Below, piece after piece: positions 1 to 51,189 of a stretch of DNA of 64,000 nucleotides. A model generated the notes under the pieces. It saw nothing but the letters and a program-made list of their open reading frames with translations. It did not search any database and had not been told where the DNA came from. Each line of letters opens with the position of its first letter. The stretch's first letter is position 1. The translations under genes were made by a program, and so were the position numbers. The DNA comes from the human T2T-CHM13v2.0 reference genome, Homo sapiens: assembly GCF_009914755.1 (NCBI RefSeq), contig NC_060928.1; one strand, written 5' to 3'.

Positions 1-914
1 AGTGAGATCAGCTATGGTTGACAGTAAATTGATATTCAAAAGCATCTCTTTAATGTTGAGCAGCACTTAGGAAGCAGGCCTAAAATTTGGCAATATATTA
101 TCAAAAGAGCTCTGCTTCCTAGGAAATGGAACAAATGACATCATTATGCATATTAGATCTAACATTAAAACTCTTTTACTAAAATTACAATATTTCTGTC
201 AGCGATTCTTAATATAAGAAAAAATGGTGAAATGTGTTTAGAGTGTGCTGGAAAATATATCCATGGGAACTATGAAAACCCTACTTCAGTGAATTGTATA
301 TTTATTGACTACTTTGTGACAAAAAAACACCCAATTCCATCAGGTCAAGCATGAAAATACTTTACCAAAATGGACCAGTTTGCAGTAGTTAATGAATGAT
401 TTATAAATGTAATTTTTCAAATAAGAAAAGAATTTTCCAAAATTAATTTTATAGAGAATAATTCTGGGAAATAGAAAAAGGAAAAGGGGTTAGCCCTTAA
501 ATAAATCTGGAAGCACTGAATTACATACAGCACACTGGGACTCTTCAAAGAAGAGATATACTATACTGATGGTAAAACTAATTTGATCAGGTAACACATT
601 CATCAGGTATGTCCATCCACCTTCCATGGAATGCTGCAATTGAAAACTAAGGCCTTGTTTTGTTATTTGCTAACTCTGTGACTTAGAGCCACTGATTCAC
701 ATTTTTGGAGTCTCAGTCTCCTTGTGTCTTATCAATGCAATGATACCTACTTCTCAGAGTTGTTTGAAGCTTCAGTAAGGTAATTTTTGAAAGAGAATTT
801 TTTAAAAATCTAAAATGCTGCCTAAATATTAGCAGATAGTTTGTTGCTTTTTGACTTTCTGTCATCCAAAGAACTTCTCTGTTTGAGGTTTATTTCTCAT
901 TTTGAAATCTTTGT

Positions 915-1060
915 GAAAGGCAGGGCTGCACCTTCTATGTAGAAGCTGCAAGCGGCAGGCATTTTATTTCCCAGTTCCTGGCAGCTAAAGGCATGGTCAC
1001 TTGACCTTGGCTCACTTAATGAAATCCTCCTTCATGGGACTTAGAATTTTGAGGAGTGAC
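915..1060 (+). mobile_element. Old ERVL-type LTR fragment (LTR33/LTR16-like)
   Basis: ttcccagttcctggcagctaaaggcatggtcacttgacc resembles the LTR33/16 core motif; highly diverged. Confidence 0.35.
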
Positions 1061-1593
1061 AGGTATGTTAGTTAATTTGACTCAAATTATATATGCCATA
1101 AAATTGTTTCATCTATTGTATAACTCTACATCTAACATGAGGTGAGTTCAAATTCCCTGATGCAATTAACTCTACATATAGAAGGTTGCATGGTTTTTAG
1201 TAGTTTCAGAGAGGTATTTACTCCGAACATATGAACTTTCCTTTAAAGCAGAATAGAGAGAACACTTTCATTTTCCCTGGGCAAAGAGAGCACATAGAAT
1301 GTTGTATATGTTTTTATATGTGGTATATTGAATTAAGCAGAAAAATCATGTTTTTAGAACTTTGTCTCTATAAATTTCTCTCAGGAATTTTTTGTAAAAG
1401 TAAACTTGTCCAAGCTACAAAGATTTTCTTTTTGCAAGACAGATACTACTTAATTAATTCCAAGCAACTTGTGGCTGGAAGCAAGAAGGTAGTTTCAGGA
1501 GTATTTTTGTTACTGTTGTTGGTTTTTGGCTGTTAGTTTTTAAAAAGTGAGATATTATAGGCTTTATAGTGGAAGGCTGTCTAACTTTTTCTT

Positions 1594-1887
1594 TTCTTTT
1601 CTTTTTTTGAGACAGAGTCTTGCTCTGTTGCCTAGGCTGGCGTGCAGTAGCGTGATCTCCCTCACTATAACCTCCACCTCCCAGGTTCAAGCAATTATCC
1701 TGCCTCAGCCTCCCGAGTAGCTGGAACTACAGGCACATGCCACCACATCCGGCTAATTTTTGTATTTTTAGTAGAGACAGGGTTTCACCATATTGGCCAG
1801 GCTGGTCTCGAACTCCTGATCTTGTGATCTGCCCGCCTTGGCCTCCCAAAGTGCTGGGGTTACAGGCGTGAGACTCTGTGCCCAGCC
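1594..1887 (-). mobile_element. AluS
   Basis: Full Alu dimer in antisense; TSD taactttttctt at 1582-1593 and 1888-1899. Confidence 0.95.
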
Positions 1888-2117
1888 TAACTTTTTCTTA
1901 ATGGTACCTACTAAGCCTGAGAATCAATCAGGGAATGGAGTTTAGCATACTGGGAATTGTAAAGTGGATGCTTAATGTTGAGTCTTTTAGAAGGAAACAG
2001 CAGAGATCTAGACAAAAACAGGCCTTATGAGATTGCCTACTGTAGCATTTTTGTGAAAGACACAGGAATAGTTCTGAAGATCAACATTGTGAAGAGCCAC
2101 ATAATTCTCAGTCATAT

Positions 2118-2294
2118 TTATGGTTTGCATTATATTTCAATTTATTTTGATAGCAAATCATCATACTTGTCATTGTATGAAGATATTGTAGCTAGAAAAA
2201 GTAGAAAGTATCCTAGTTGTCTTCCCAGAAGCTCAGTGGTTTTGCTTAGGTTAGGTCATCAGAGATCATTCCCCTGGGTGGCTCCAACTCTGGT
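2118..2294 (-). other. GC: GC exon 13 (non-coding terminal exon, 3'UTR)
   Basis: TAG acceptor at 2295-2297 followed by ACCAGAGTTGGAGCCACCCAGG, which I recall as the DBP mRNA 3'UTR. The 3' end is approximate, set ~20 nt past AATAAA. Confidence 0.9.
2141..2146 (-). terminator. GC: GC polyadenylation signal AATAAA
   Basis: tttatt on the + strand near the end of exon 13. Confidence 0.88.
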
Positions 2295-3116
2295 CTATGA
2301 GAATAATGAAATGAATTTTATGTTAGAAAAACAGAGCTAATGGGCAACAACCATAATATTGCTCAACAGACGCATATAAACTCATGCTATTTTAATATTT
2401 ATGCCAAAAATGACTCTGTCTAGGATGACCCATATATCCACTATGGCCCATCTCATAGGTCCAGAATAAGAAAAAAATGTTAAGACAGTCCAAATACCAG
2501 TAGTGATGGCTTTATATGCCATACACCAGGGTACATTGTACATTGTGCAGTGTTTTTTTAATTATATTTTTAACTGGTGATGAATGTGACTTTTTGCTCT
2601 ATGGTAATAACAATTATGGCCAAGGCAAAACTGTCAACCAGTGGCATAATGAGGCCCCCAATCATCATGGAATTGAGACAATAGTTGAGTAGTTTTAGCA
2701 AAACATAAGTGTGAATTTTTATCAAGTCATCTTCTACTTTGTATTAGGGCCAATTCGTCTCCCTTAATTTTTTCCCTCTTCCAAGACAATATAATATAGT
2801 TATGTCACAGTTCTATTTGCATGGTGTAAAAAATTCCATGTTTCATTGTCTTCAACGAGTTTATGCTTTGGAGTGAGGATGCAATAAGGGACACGAATCT
2901 GTTCCCTCACAGCCTCAGTTCCTATGTTTCTCTCACAGTGTGAGCAACTCTCTGTGCTGGGTGTGATTCTGGTATCTAAAATATTTTCACCCAATCTGAT
3001 TCTACACTGTGAGCCAATTCATTTATGTTTTTGGCAACCCAGAGGGACTACTACTTGCTTCCAAAGCTAACAATAAAAAATACCTGGCTTTGTGAGATAA
3101 TTAAGAGACAGAGATT

Positions 3117-3418
3117 TGCTGGGCATGGTGGCTCACGCCTGTAATCCCAGCACTTTGGGAGGCCGAGGTGGGTGGATCACAAGGTCAGAAGATGGAGACC
3201 ATCCTGGCTAACATGGTGAAACCCCGTCTCTACTAAAAATACAAAAAATTAGCCAGGCGTGGTGGCGGGCAACTGTAGTCCCAGCTCCTCGGGTGGCTGA
3301 GGCAGGAGAATGGTGTGAACCTGGGAGGCGGAGCTTGCGGTGAGCCCAGATTGTGCCACTGCACTCCAGACTGGGCGACAGAGTGAGATTCCGTCTTGGT
3401 GTGGGCAGGGTGGGGGGT
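3117..3418 (+). mobile_element. AluY with G-rich tail
   Basis: AluY diagnostics (ccatcctggctaaca, ggagcttgc); TSD aagagacagagatt at 3103-3116 and 3419-3432. Confidence 0.93.
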
Positions 3419-4584
3419 AAGAGACAGAGATTCTGTCTCCAAAAGTGCATGCAAGTGTGGCCACAATCAATTTGGAGCTTGAAGGCTTGAAGAAAAAGAT
3501 TGATCAAGGAGACCAATAACTGTCAAGATGAGAACTGAAGTTTTTAATAAGACTCTAATTGAGAGTGAAATAGCGTGAAACTGTTGACTGGAAGACATGA
3601 ATTGTAGGTATTACTAGGGATCGGAATACCTTGAGACAAAAGGCTTCAACTTCTATGAGTGAGTCAAATCTCTAACTAGAGATGGGTAGGCTTAAATGGA
3701 AATGAAACACATAGCCAACCAAAGTTGGCTTAATGGTTTTAGGAACTGCTTCACTCTAAACAATGTGCCACTTCTGCAGATCACCTGTTACAACAAGGGA
3801 AAAATCATTGAAGAAAATGGATATTTTCTACTTGAATAATTTAATATATGATGAAAAGACTGATCTATCTGAGGGAAAGTACTCAGCACTTACTCTGAAA
3901 TCATTACGTTAAGACCTGGATTTAGAGCAACTCATGACTAGGATTGTGTTATTTTGGGGGCAATGCTGCTGATAGTTGGATGACTTCATAATTGTCCAAT
4001 ACAACTACAAAATTCTCCCTGGAACCCAGGAACTGCAATGAGTTGGTTGTGTTCTGGAAACCTAAGATAAGTGGTAAAGTTGTGGTCTCATTATTTCTGG
4101 ATATCAAGTACCTCAGACCTATAACTTTGTGAACAAGGTATAATTTGCTTTTTCAAAGCCATGTAACTATTCCTGAAATAATTGAACATTGGTAGGCCTT
4201 CATCATTGCAGAATGCAATGGTGATAAACAAGCAGTAGATAAAATTGAGCTCAAAACACTCAATGCATGTTACCAAAATCCATGGAAGGGATATGTGAAT
4301 AATTTTAGGAAGGAATATGTGAATATGTGAGTAATCCATCCAGATGATCAAAATGTATTTGGGTAGCCAAACAATTTAGTGGTACAGAAATCAAAGGATT
4401 AATTAAAGGCCAGAGAAAAATGTAGACTAACACAGGAGAAATGATAAGAAATTTCATTTCTTCATCTTATCAGATGAAGATAATGACCATGAACCAGAAG
4501 AATCAGTATATTAGAATCTTCATTAGCTTGTCACTGACAAACCAAGTTTATCTCTTGATTGAGTTAGCATCAAAAATACTTCTG

Positions 4585-4948
<364 letters not shown>

Positions 4949-6600
4949 TCAAATTATTACTTCCTCCTTACTTACCTTAGGATATCTTCTCCTATTTTAA
5001 TTAGTTTTCCCAAAGCCTAAAAACATACAACACTAAGGAAATGCACTCTGAGTTCTGAATAATAACACAGTCCAGTGAAAAACATATTCAAAATCAAAGT
5101 TATCATATAGCTTTCCAAATAACCCTGACTCTTAATTAAAGCTTAAGAAATCTTGAAGGATGAGAGGTGAGGTCACTGTTGCATATTGGGATTTTAACTC
5201 TTTGGAGATTATTATATGGGGATTGAGATAAAGGAAAGATTCATTCAAATGGGGGGAGGATGTAATAATTTAGCAGCAACAGAGATCAGAAACTATTTTA
5301 ACTCTAGAATATTTACACTTCAAATAACTTGCATTTTGATTTTTATTCCTTGGAAAATTATTTAGAGAACTTACTTTATCGTTGGGACATGATATTTGTA
5401 TACCAGAGCACAAAAATATATGGGCAGGAAAACTTTTTAGTTTAGATTCAACCAGTAGTAGTAGGAGCATCAGTGCAACAACTTTGCTAGTATTACTGCT
5501 AATATTCATTTTTACTGCTTTTTAAATATTTGATATACATCACCTCAATCATTGTAACAACACTGTGAGGGAGATATGGAAATTTTCATTTTACATGAAA
5601 GGAAACTCATCTTTAGACAGGATAGATAACTTGCTCAAATTCACAGACAGATAGTTAGAGTGGGGATTCTAATTCAGGTTGGGTGATTTCAAATATAAGT
5701 TTTCTTGACCATCCCCCTTGTACTGGTTCTCAGACTGTTAATTTTCTTTTTTACAGCTTCAGAGGATTTAAATAATAGTTGAAAAGCTGAATATGGTGAA
5801 ATGATTTAATGTTATTAATGAATGGATTGGAAGGCTTTTGTTTCCACATTATTTTGGGCAGAGTTGTCAGTAAGTCAGCAAAATAAACGTTGACATTATT
5901 GAAAAGCCTCAGTTCAGCTAAGAACTGAGATCCAAACAAGTTTGCATCAAAAGTCTCAGGTGTAATTTCTTTAGCATAAATACAATTGAATCTGGAGAGA
6001 AAATATTGTTGTTGAAATGTGCAGAGTTCGGCGGGGGTGCTCTTCAGTTTAAGATGTGAACTTACGTTGGAATAAACTATTTTATGTTCTTAATATCTTC
6101 ATCTGGCATTTTTTAATAGGTGAAAATATAGTGACTGAAAAAAGCAAGTAATAATATTTCAACAGTATTGTTTTCATTTGAATAAGAATGTCCCTTTCCT
6201 CCTAAGGTCCTTGCTGTGTTATTTTTAAGACTTGATGAGCCCTGTCTTTAAACTCAGAGTTCTTCCTATTGAAGTGCATCAGAATCCTTTAAATGTTCTT
6301 TATGGTATCATTATGTTACATGTGAGATTATGATGGATGAAGCACAAGGCAGGGGACCAGTAAACCTGGATTCTAGTCTTACATATATCAGAAATTGCCT
6401 GCTCTTGTATAAGTGTAAGCTCTTTAACTTTTCTCGGTGCTTAATATTCTCATCTGTAAAATGAGTTTGAACAGATAAGAATAAATTTATTAAAGTCTCC
6501 TTCCCATTCTTTGATATTTAAAATACATCCTACAATGCTGGATCCGTTGGTCCTGCATTTATAAAATATACTTACCAAAGTTAATAAACATGCTTCAGGA

Positions 6601-44461
<37,861 letters not shown>

Positions 44462-44519
44462 TTTTCTACCAGAGAGTCTTGCAGCACCTCCTCTCTCCTG
44501 TAGGTGACCATGTAAAAGT

Positions 44520-44735
44520 GGTAGCCAAAAGTAATTGGTTTCCTTTTTACAAAGATTCCTGACTATGAATTAATCAATTATTAATCTCAGAAGCAACACA
44601 GAATTATTATTAAACACAGAAGCAAGGGGCTGTTATCTTTGGCCCAAAAGAGATAAAATAATATCAATCAAGGTAAATAGACACCCTGGGGATACTGTAG
44701 TGGAAAATCTAGGAGATTTTAATCATTAACTTTGT
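44520..44735 (-). promoter_or_regulatory. GC proximal liver promoter: TATA-like TGTAAAAAG (44543-44551), HNF1-like site at 44568-44587 and near-perfect HNF1 site GTTAATGATTAAA (44718-44730)
   Basis: Motifs read directly; 12/13 match to the HNF1 consensus GTTAATNATTAAC. HNF1 control of DBP and albumin-family promoters is established. TSS is approximate. Confidence 0.8.
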
Positions 44736-45129
44736 CAAACTGCAAAAGAGCCAAGGTATATAGATTATTTTCCACTGCTGTTCCTCACTAAAGTTTACTT
44801 AATATGTTAGTAACGCACACCTTCTCCCCCTGTATAGGGCTGTGTGTCTTCTTTGGACACCCCACCTTTCTCATATGTAAGTGGAAAATCGGAAACTCTG
44901 TCTTTACCTCTCTTCCTCTCTTTGTTTAAATCTACTACAAATAAGCATTACCTTAAAATATTGCAGACCAGATGTTCTAAGTAAAAGGGGAAAAAGAGTG
45001 AGAAGCCAATTCAACATAATATTTTAAATCCATAATTCTGATGCTATGAAGTAATCTTATTTTAGATGATGGCATAGTACTTTGTATTTCTATGCTGTAT
45101 TGCACTTTGTGAAGCACTGACATATATAT

Positions 45130-45700
45130 GAAAAATAACCTTTGAAGTGAGGCAAATAACTGGAGAGGTTAAATGGCTCACCACTGCCAATCATAAAAAG
45201 TTAGTGGCAAATCTTGGACTCCCTACAGTGATTTTAAAGCTCCTTCTACTAATAGTTTACAACTAGTATATTTTATGGGCATGTAATTTGAGAGCTCAGA
45301 GAGGCCCTGTAGGACATGAAATCCAACATCTTCATTTTACAGAAGAGTGAACTGAGCACTGGGTAAATTCTGTGACTTGTCTAGAGAGTCATAGGTAGAT
45401 CATTCATTGGAATTAGATGAGTTCCACTCCTGGTTTTTGCAGTAGCCCTATTTTCAGGAAATGGTCAGGTACAGGTTGTTACACATGCTCTAAAATCAAA
45501 TCCCTACTCAGCTTTCATAGCTGTGTAACCTTGGGAAATTTATTTTACCCCTCTAAGTTTCATTTTCCTCATATGCAATGTGGTGATAACTCAGTACATT
45601 TGACACAACATTGCTATGAGGTTAATTAAGGTAATCTGGGTGCAGGGCTCATGGTAACATCCATCACATAGTAACATGGATTAATGTCACCTATTACTCT
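45130..45700. mobile_element. Cluster of MIR fragments upstream of the GC promoter
   Basis: gagaggttaaatggctc, cattttacagaagagtgaactgag, gctgtgtaaccttgggaa...cctctaagtttcattttcctcat. Confidence 0.55.
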
Positions 45701-46509
45701 TATTCTAGTTATTGCCACGTTCTCCCACTGGCTTTCCAAATTTATAATATCTGTGAAGGTCAATGAAACTAATGAGGCCATTGGAACTCAGTGGAAGAGT
45801 TTAAAGACAGCCCTGTGTCCAGGGTCCCGCAGATAAGTGATTTAAAACTTCATTATCAACTCAGTAGCCAAGGATTATCTACATGGGCAGAGTCTATCAA
45901 AATTTCAGTAAACCAATTTAGGTAGTTACATGTTTAGTCAGATTTTCTATCTATACTGAAAATCCTTGGGTGTTAGGTTCAGAAAATAGAGTCCAGCTAG
46001 TTGGAAAAAGATACCTATGCCAGATCAAAGCACAAGTATTTCTGTAAGGCCAGTGGAAATCCATATGGTCAAGGAGATAGCTTTCCTGTCCAAGAGCCAA
46101 CTCTATCTTGTTCAAGGATCAACTTCCTGATTACTATAAATCTAAATTTTCAGTTCCCTTTGGCTGAATTCCTAGTTTACTGTGCAAGTTAATTTAAAAA
46201 TGTATTTTAGTTCTATGGCAAATTATTTGGAAATGATACTCCAAATGAGTATGAAAAAGTTTAAAAACTACTCAGAACCCCGGAACTCAAAAGAGGTAGG
46301 TAACACATTAGCATATTGATACAGTTTTCATTTTTCTTTAAGATAATACACTGTATTTATACTTCTGTATCCCTTTTATTCAACTGTATTTCGTCATCTT
46401 CTGATTAGTTCATTCAAAAAGACACACTCAGATTATTTTCTACGAATTTTGATACAGAGTTTAAGACCAGCTCATTCTTTCATTTTTTAAAAAATTAAAC
46501 TTTATCTCT

Positions 46510-46575
46510 GCTTTTGCAATAATATTTACCACGTTTGTTTAATGATAAACTACATGTAGCAAGAATTGCAACATC
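46510..46575. promoter_or_regulatory. Candidate distal (-2 kb) HNF1/C-EBP element
   Basis: TTTAATGATAAAC (46538-46550, HNF1-like) flanked by TTTTGCAAT and ATTGCAAC (C/EBP-like). Position agrees with my recollection of a -2 kb HNF1 site in DBP. Confidence 0.5.
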
Positions 46576-47879
46576 TCATTTAGATGCCCTCTTGAGAAAT
46601 CTCTATACGAGCTGCCAAATGCATTCTCTTGGCTGAATTTTCTAACTGAAATTCGGCAAAACAGGCTAGTAGCTAAATATATGAGCCTTTTTTTCAGTCT
46701 TATTTATGTAACTTTCCTTAATCTTTCAAATGTTGATTGCTTACTGTGATTCTAAAACTGGGAAGAAATAATCATAATTGGCCTAAATGAGAGGCCTCAT
46801 GTGACAATGATTACTCTAGTAAGTCAGATGGGGAAAAAATGGGTGAAAAAGACCAAATCAAACCTTCTCACATTGTCTATAATAGCAGCAGTTATAGCAA
46901 CTAGAAATGTATCACTGAATATATATATTTAACAAGAATTATTTATTGAATACATAAGCAGTAGAATTTTGCAGGAGCTGTTTTTCCTGTAAAAAACTGA
47001 TTTGAAGTAGCCTCTTTCCCTCTTTCCTCTTTTTCCATCTTGCCATTGGCTTCAGAGGAAATGCAGATCTCTTCCTAACTAGGGCTAGTTCCAGGCAAAA
47101 TTGTGAGGCAGATAAAGCCTGTCTTTAGTTCTTTTCTCTATCCCATGTCTCTTCTTTCAGTAAACCTTAGTTACTAAAAGATAACACTGACAACTGCTCT
47201 TTATCAGAACAGTACCTTCCTTTAATGCTGCGACAGTCTTCTAAAAACTCTTGCAGTACTCCTGTAGAAATGACCTTCTTCAGAATGATTTTGTCTGGTG
47301 TTCTCTTCGTTCAGATTCTCTTTATACTATTAAAATGCATTATCAGTATCTTTTCCTGATAAATGACCTGACAAAATTGATATTAGTGGATCGAAGTAAT
47401 ATCTTTAAAGTTGATGTACAGAGAAGAACAGAACACAATCCAGGTTTCAGAAAATTCTTATAGCTCAGCCATTTAGCTATGATTGACTTCCATGAGAAAT
47501 TCCAATATCCTTGTAATAAATCTCTTTTTACTTAAGCTTATTCTAGCTGAATTTGCAATGAAAAGCATTCTAACTAACCTACCTTTAAATCATTCTCCCC
47601 TCTGTTACTGTCATTATTTATCAAAAATGCAAATAAGACTGTGTTTCTGCCTCCCTATTTAAAATGACTTAGGCCAATGCCTGTGCTTAAAGTTCATAAA
47701 TTAATCCTACTTACCTCTAAAAAGGATTCTTTGCTGTGTATGTACATTAAAATTAGGTACGGCTGAACTACTTGTGGTTCACTGAACACATTGTGCTATT
47801 GAGCTTTCCACTGTCTTTGTTCACATTCTTCTTTCTTCCCTTACTCTATTTTACGTGTCTGTTGTCCCTCGTCTGTCAG

Positions 47880-48390
47880 TCTTTCATTTATTCATTTAAC
47901 ATATATTTAATTCATACCACTTTGTACCAAGTAACATGCAAGCTATTGGTACTACCATATCAAAAGATCTACATGGCTCTTCCCCTCATGGACCTTCTTA
48001 GTCTAGCTGGGAAGACAGATGTTGAAGACAAAATGACAAGTGTGCTGAGTTGTGAGGGTGCAGAGAATGGGAGGGGTAAGAGTAGATACAGTGAGAGTAG
48101 CTTGAAGACTGCTTTAGAAGTCCAAGCAAGGGATGACAGAAGTGTGGCCTGTGGTGCTGGCAGAGGCGTGAGATGGTTTAAGACACAGAATCATCAGAGA
48201 GTGGTAATTGACTAGACTTTGGCTGAGGGGGGAAGAGTGAGAAATTATGCCCAAGTTTCTAGCTTGTGCAAGTGGATGGATATTAATGCCAATATCCAAA
48301 ATAGAAGACACTGAAGAAGACACACAGTCTGATGGAAGATGTTTTCAGGTGGAATTTTGAGTAGGCAGCTGGGTCCATGACTCTGGAGCT
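47880..48390 (-). mobile_element. L2 fragment
   Basis: ttcatttattcatttaacatatattt...ccctcatggacctt...gtctagctggg...tccaagcaagggatga. Confidence 0.6.
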
Positions 48391-49097
48391 TGGAAGACAC
48401 CCAAATTTCCAGGTTGTGCTGAGTCCACCTTCTCTGTGCTTTGCTCTCCCACAGTGCTCCTACTATAGCTAAATCACCTTCATTTTGGTATTCCCAACAG
48501 CTAGCACAGCTAGCACAGATAGAAACTGAATGTAGTAAACACTAGTCATAATCAGTTTAATGAAGGAATTTAAATGCCTAGAGAAATTTATCAACCCTGG
48601 ATTTAAAAATGAAAGACATGCTAGAATTCTGTAATTCGTTTATGCTCACTGAAATCCAGGTATAATTTGAGTAATCATGGTTTTCATGAACCAGCCAATT
48701 CATTTTTAATTTTACTTGGATTTTCATGAAAATCTGCAAATGATTTATTCATATTTTAAAACAATAGGGGCGGTTATAGAAATATATTCCACAGAGTGCA
48801 GGAGTTCAGAAAATGCTGACAAATATAAATGAATTTATTAACCAAATGGTTTCATTTATTTTAAAATAAAAATTTGAGGAACAATTAGAGATAAATTGTC
48901 TTCTGCCATGATGCTCTTTACTAAGGCTGTAGTAGTTTATGAGGTCTTGTGTAACAAACTGCCAAATAACCATAACTTTCCCAAAAACACTTTCATAAAG
49001 AAATATACATCACTGAAGAGAAACAGATATTTAAGAGAAATGATGGTTCAGACTAGATGCAAATGATTTTATCTTCTGCTTGAAAAAAAGCAGAAAG

Positions 49098-49172
49098 GGA
49101 GAAAGAAGGAAAGAAAGAAAGAAAAGAAAGAGAGAAAAAAAGAAAAAGAAAGAATGAGAAAGAAAGAAAGAA
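49098..49172. repeat. (GAAA)n-like purine simple repeat
   Basis: Degenerate GAAA/AGAA run read directly. Confidence 0.85.
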
Positions 49173-50062
49173 ATTGAAAATAGAATTTAAAAAATAGTGC
49201 AGGAACAAGGTTTATATGAGACTTAGCTGATAATCACAGAGAGGCAGCTACACCTCTTTCCACCTTTATTGGTCAATGGAATGCAGAATGCCATAATAAT
49301 CACTGTTAAATATATAGTCATAACTAGTTAACTGTGAGCTAAATGTTCTTAAGTAAAATATTTAGGTTCTTAGTATTCTTAAGTAAAAATATTTAGGTTC
49401 AGTTAATTAAAAAATGGTTTTATAATAATTTTTTAATGAACTATTTTCCAACACTGAAGCCAGGTAATTTGTAGAAACAGGTCTGAATATTAAAACTGTG
49501 TAATTACTTTTACAAGTATTGACAATTGTAGTATATTTTTGCATTATGTATAGAGAGAAAGAGAAGCAGAAGGTGATAAAGAGAAAATGAGAGAATCGAG
49601 AAGAGAATAAAAGATAAAATATAATATGTGAGAGAATGAGAAAATAAGCCAATATATCCTAAAACATTCATATGTGAACCACCCTGATAGATGTCCCCAA
49701 ATGTACATATATACATTTAGATTTTAAATATATATATTTCCAGGAATAGAATGGAGTCCTAAAAAATAGAACAAATGTTAATTTTCATAGCCTGGCTAAT
49801 CTTTGTTAAGAGCTTCTAATAATGCTGTTTTATGTACATTCTCTAATGAACAGGACTCTAAAGAGGAAGGACTGGCAATCTGAATAAATAAAGCTGACCC
49901 TTAACTTGGGTTATATGAGTGAGTTTTAAAAAGTTTTCAGGATCATATTGCAAAATAAGTTAAAATATTAGATGATCTAATAGATTCTCTATACTGAAGG
50001 AGAAATGAATTTTCTCACTTTTCAGGAATTTCTTTTCAGAGCCATCTATAAAGTCAGGAAAA

Positions 50063-50395
50063 GGCAGAATAATGGCCGACCAAAGTTGCCCACACCCTAA
50101 TCCCTGCAACCTGTAATTCTGTTATGTTACCTGGCAAGGGGGAATTGAGGTTGCAGATAAAATTAATCAGTTTACTTTAAAATACAGGGATTTTCCTGGA
50201 TTATTAGGGTGGGCTCAATGTTATCACAAAGGTCCTTTATGTGTAGAAGAATGAGGCAGAACATCAGAGTGAAAGAGATGTGAGAAAGAAAGCAGAGGTT
50301 GGAGGGATGGGATTGCTGACTTTGAAGATGGAAGGAATCTGTGAGCCAAGAAATGCAGGCAGCCCCTAGATGCTGGAAAGGGCAAGAAAATGGAA
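50063..50395 (+). mobile_element. MLT1 (MLT1D-like) MaLR LTR, cut by an L1M
   Basis: gcagaataatggcc...ctaatccctgcaacctgt...ttacctggcaagggggaatt...gagccaagaaatgcaggcagcccctagatgctggaaagggcaagaaaatgga. Confidence 0.75.
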
Positions 50396-50611
50396 AGGAG
50401 TGTTAAAATCTCCAATTCCCATTGAGAATTTTAGCACTTCCCCTTGTAGTTTTTAGTCTATTGTGTTTTTGCTTCTTGAAATTTGAAGCTCTGTTATTAT
50501 ACACATACAGAATTTTAATGATTATCTTTCTGATAAGTTATTCCTTTGGTCAGTATGTCCTTCTTTATCTATGATAATACTTTGTCTCGAAATCTGTTTT
50601 GTCTAATACTA

Positions 50612-50739
50612 TTAGGTGGGTGCAAAAGTAATTGTGGTTTTTGCCATTAAAAGTCATGTTCTTATTTAGTAGTTTTGCCATTACTTACAATGGTAAAAAC
50701 CATTTTGCACCAACCAAAAAAACTTTTGCAACAACCTAA
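50612..50739. mobile_element. MADE1 (Hsmar1 MITE), rearranged/composite
   Basis: TIRs ttaggtgggtgcaaaagtaattg and acttttgcaacaacctaa, flanked by TA on both sides. Confidence 0.85.
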
Positions 50740-51189
50740 TAATATAGCCATGACAACTTTCTTATACTTAATGATTAAATGGTACATCTTTTTACATATT
50801 TTTACTTTCAATCTAGCTGTGCCTTTGGGTTTAAAGTGAATCTCTTGAAAAGAACCATTCAAACATCTTGCTTGTTTTATCAAGACATAATCTTGGAGTG
50901 TTTAGTTCATTTATGTTTAATGTTCTTATTGCTATAATTGGTTTTGAATGTACATTCTGATTATTTTTTCATATGTTTGCTTTCTACTTTTTTCTTCTGT
51001 ATTTTTTCCTTTTTTTGTTCATTTTCTGACTCTTTTGTCTCAGTTGAATATTTTATTGTTTTATTTTAATATTTGTGATTTTTAAGCTATTAATTTTGTT
51101 AAATTGTAATGGTTTCTCTAGGGCTAATAATATTTTATCTTTAATATGTCCAAGTTTATTGGTTTTTCATCCTACACTTTTCACTTTCT

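Noticed and set aside
1594-3418. Inverted Alu pair flanking exon 13 as a 3'UTR dsRNA element
   Set aside because: One Alu is intronic and the other lies past the poly(A) site, so neither is in the mature mRNA; at most transient pairing.
44526-44542. caaaagtaattggtt at the GC TSS resembling a MADE1 TIR
   Set aside because: Only ~12 nt match, with no partner TIR or TA duplication; probably chance.
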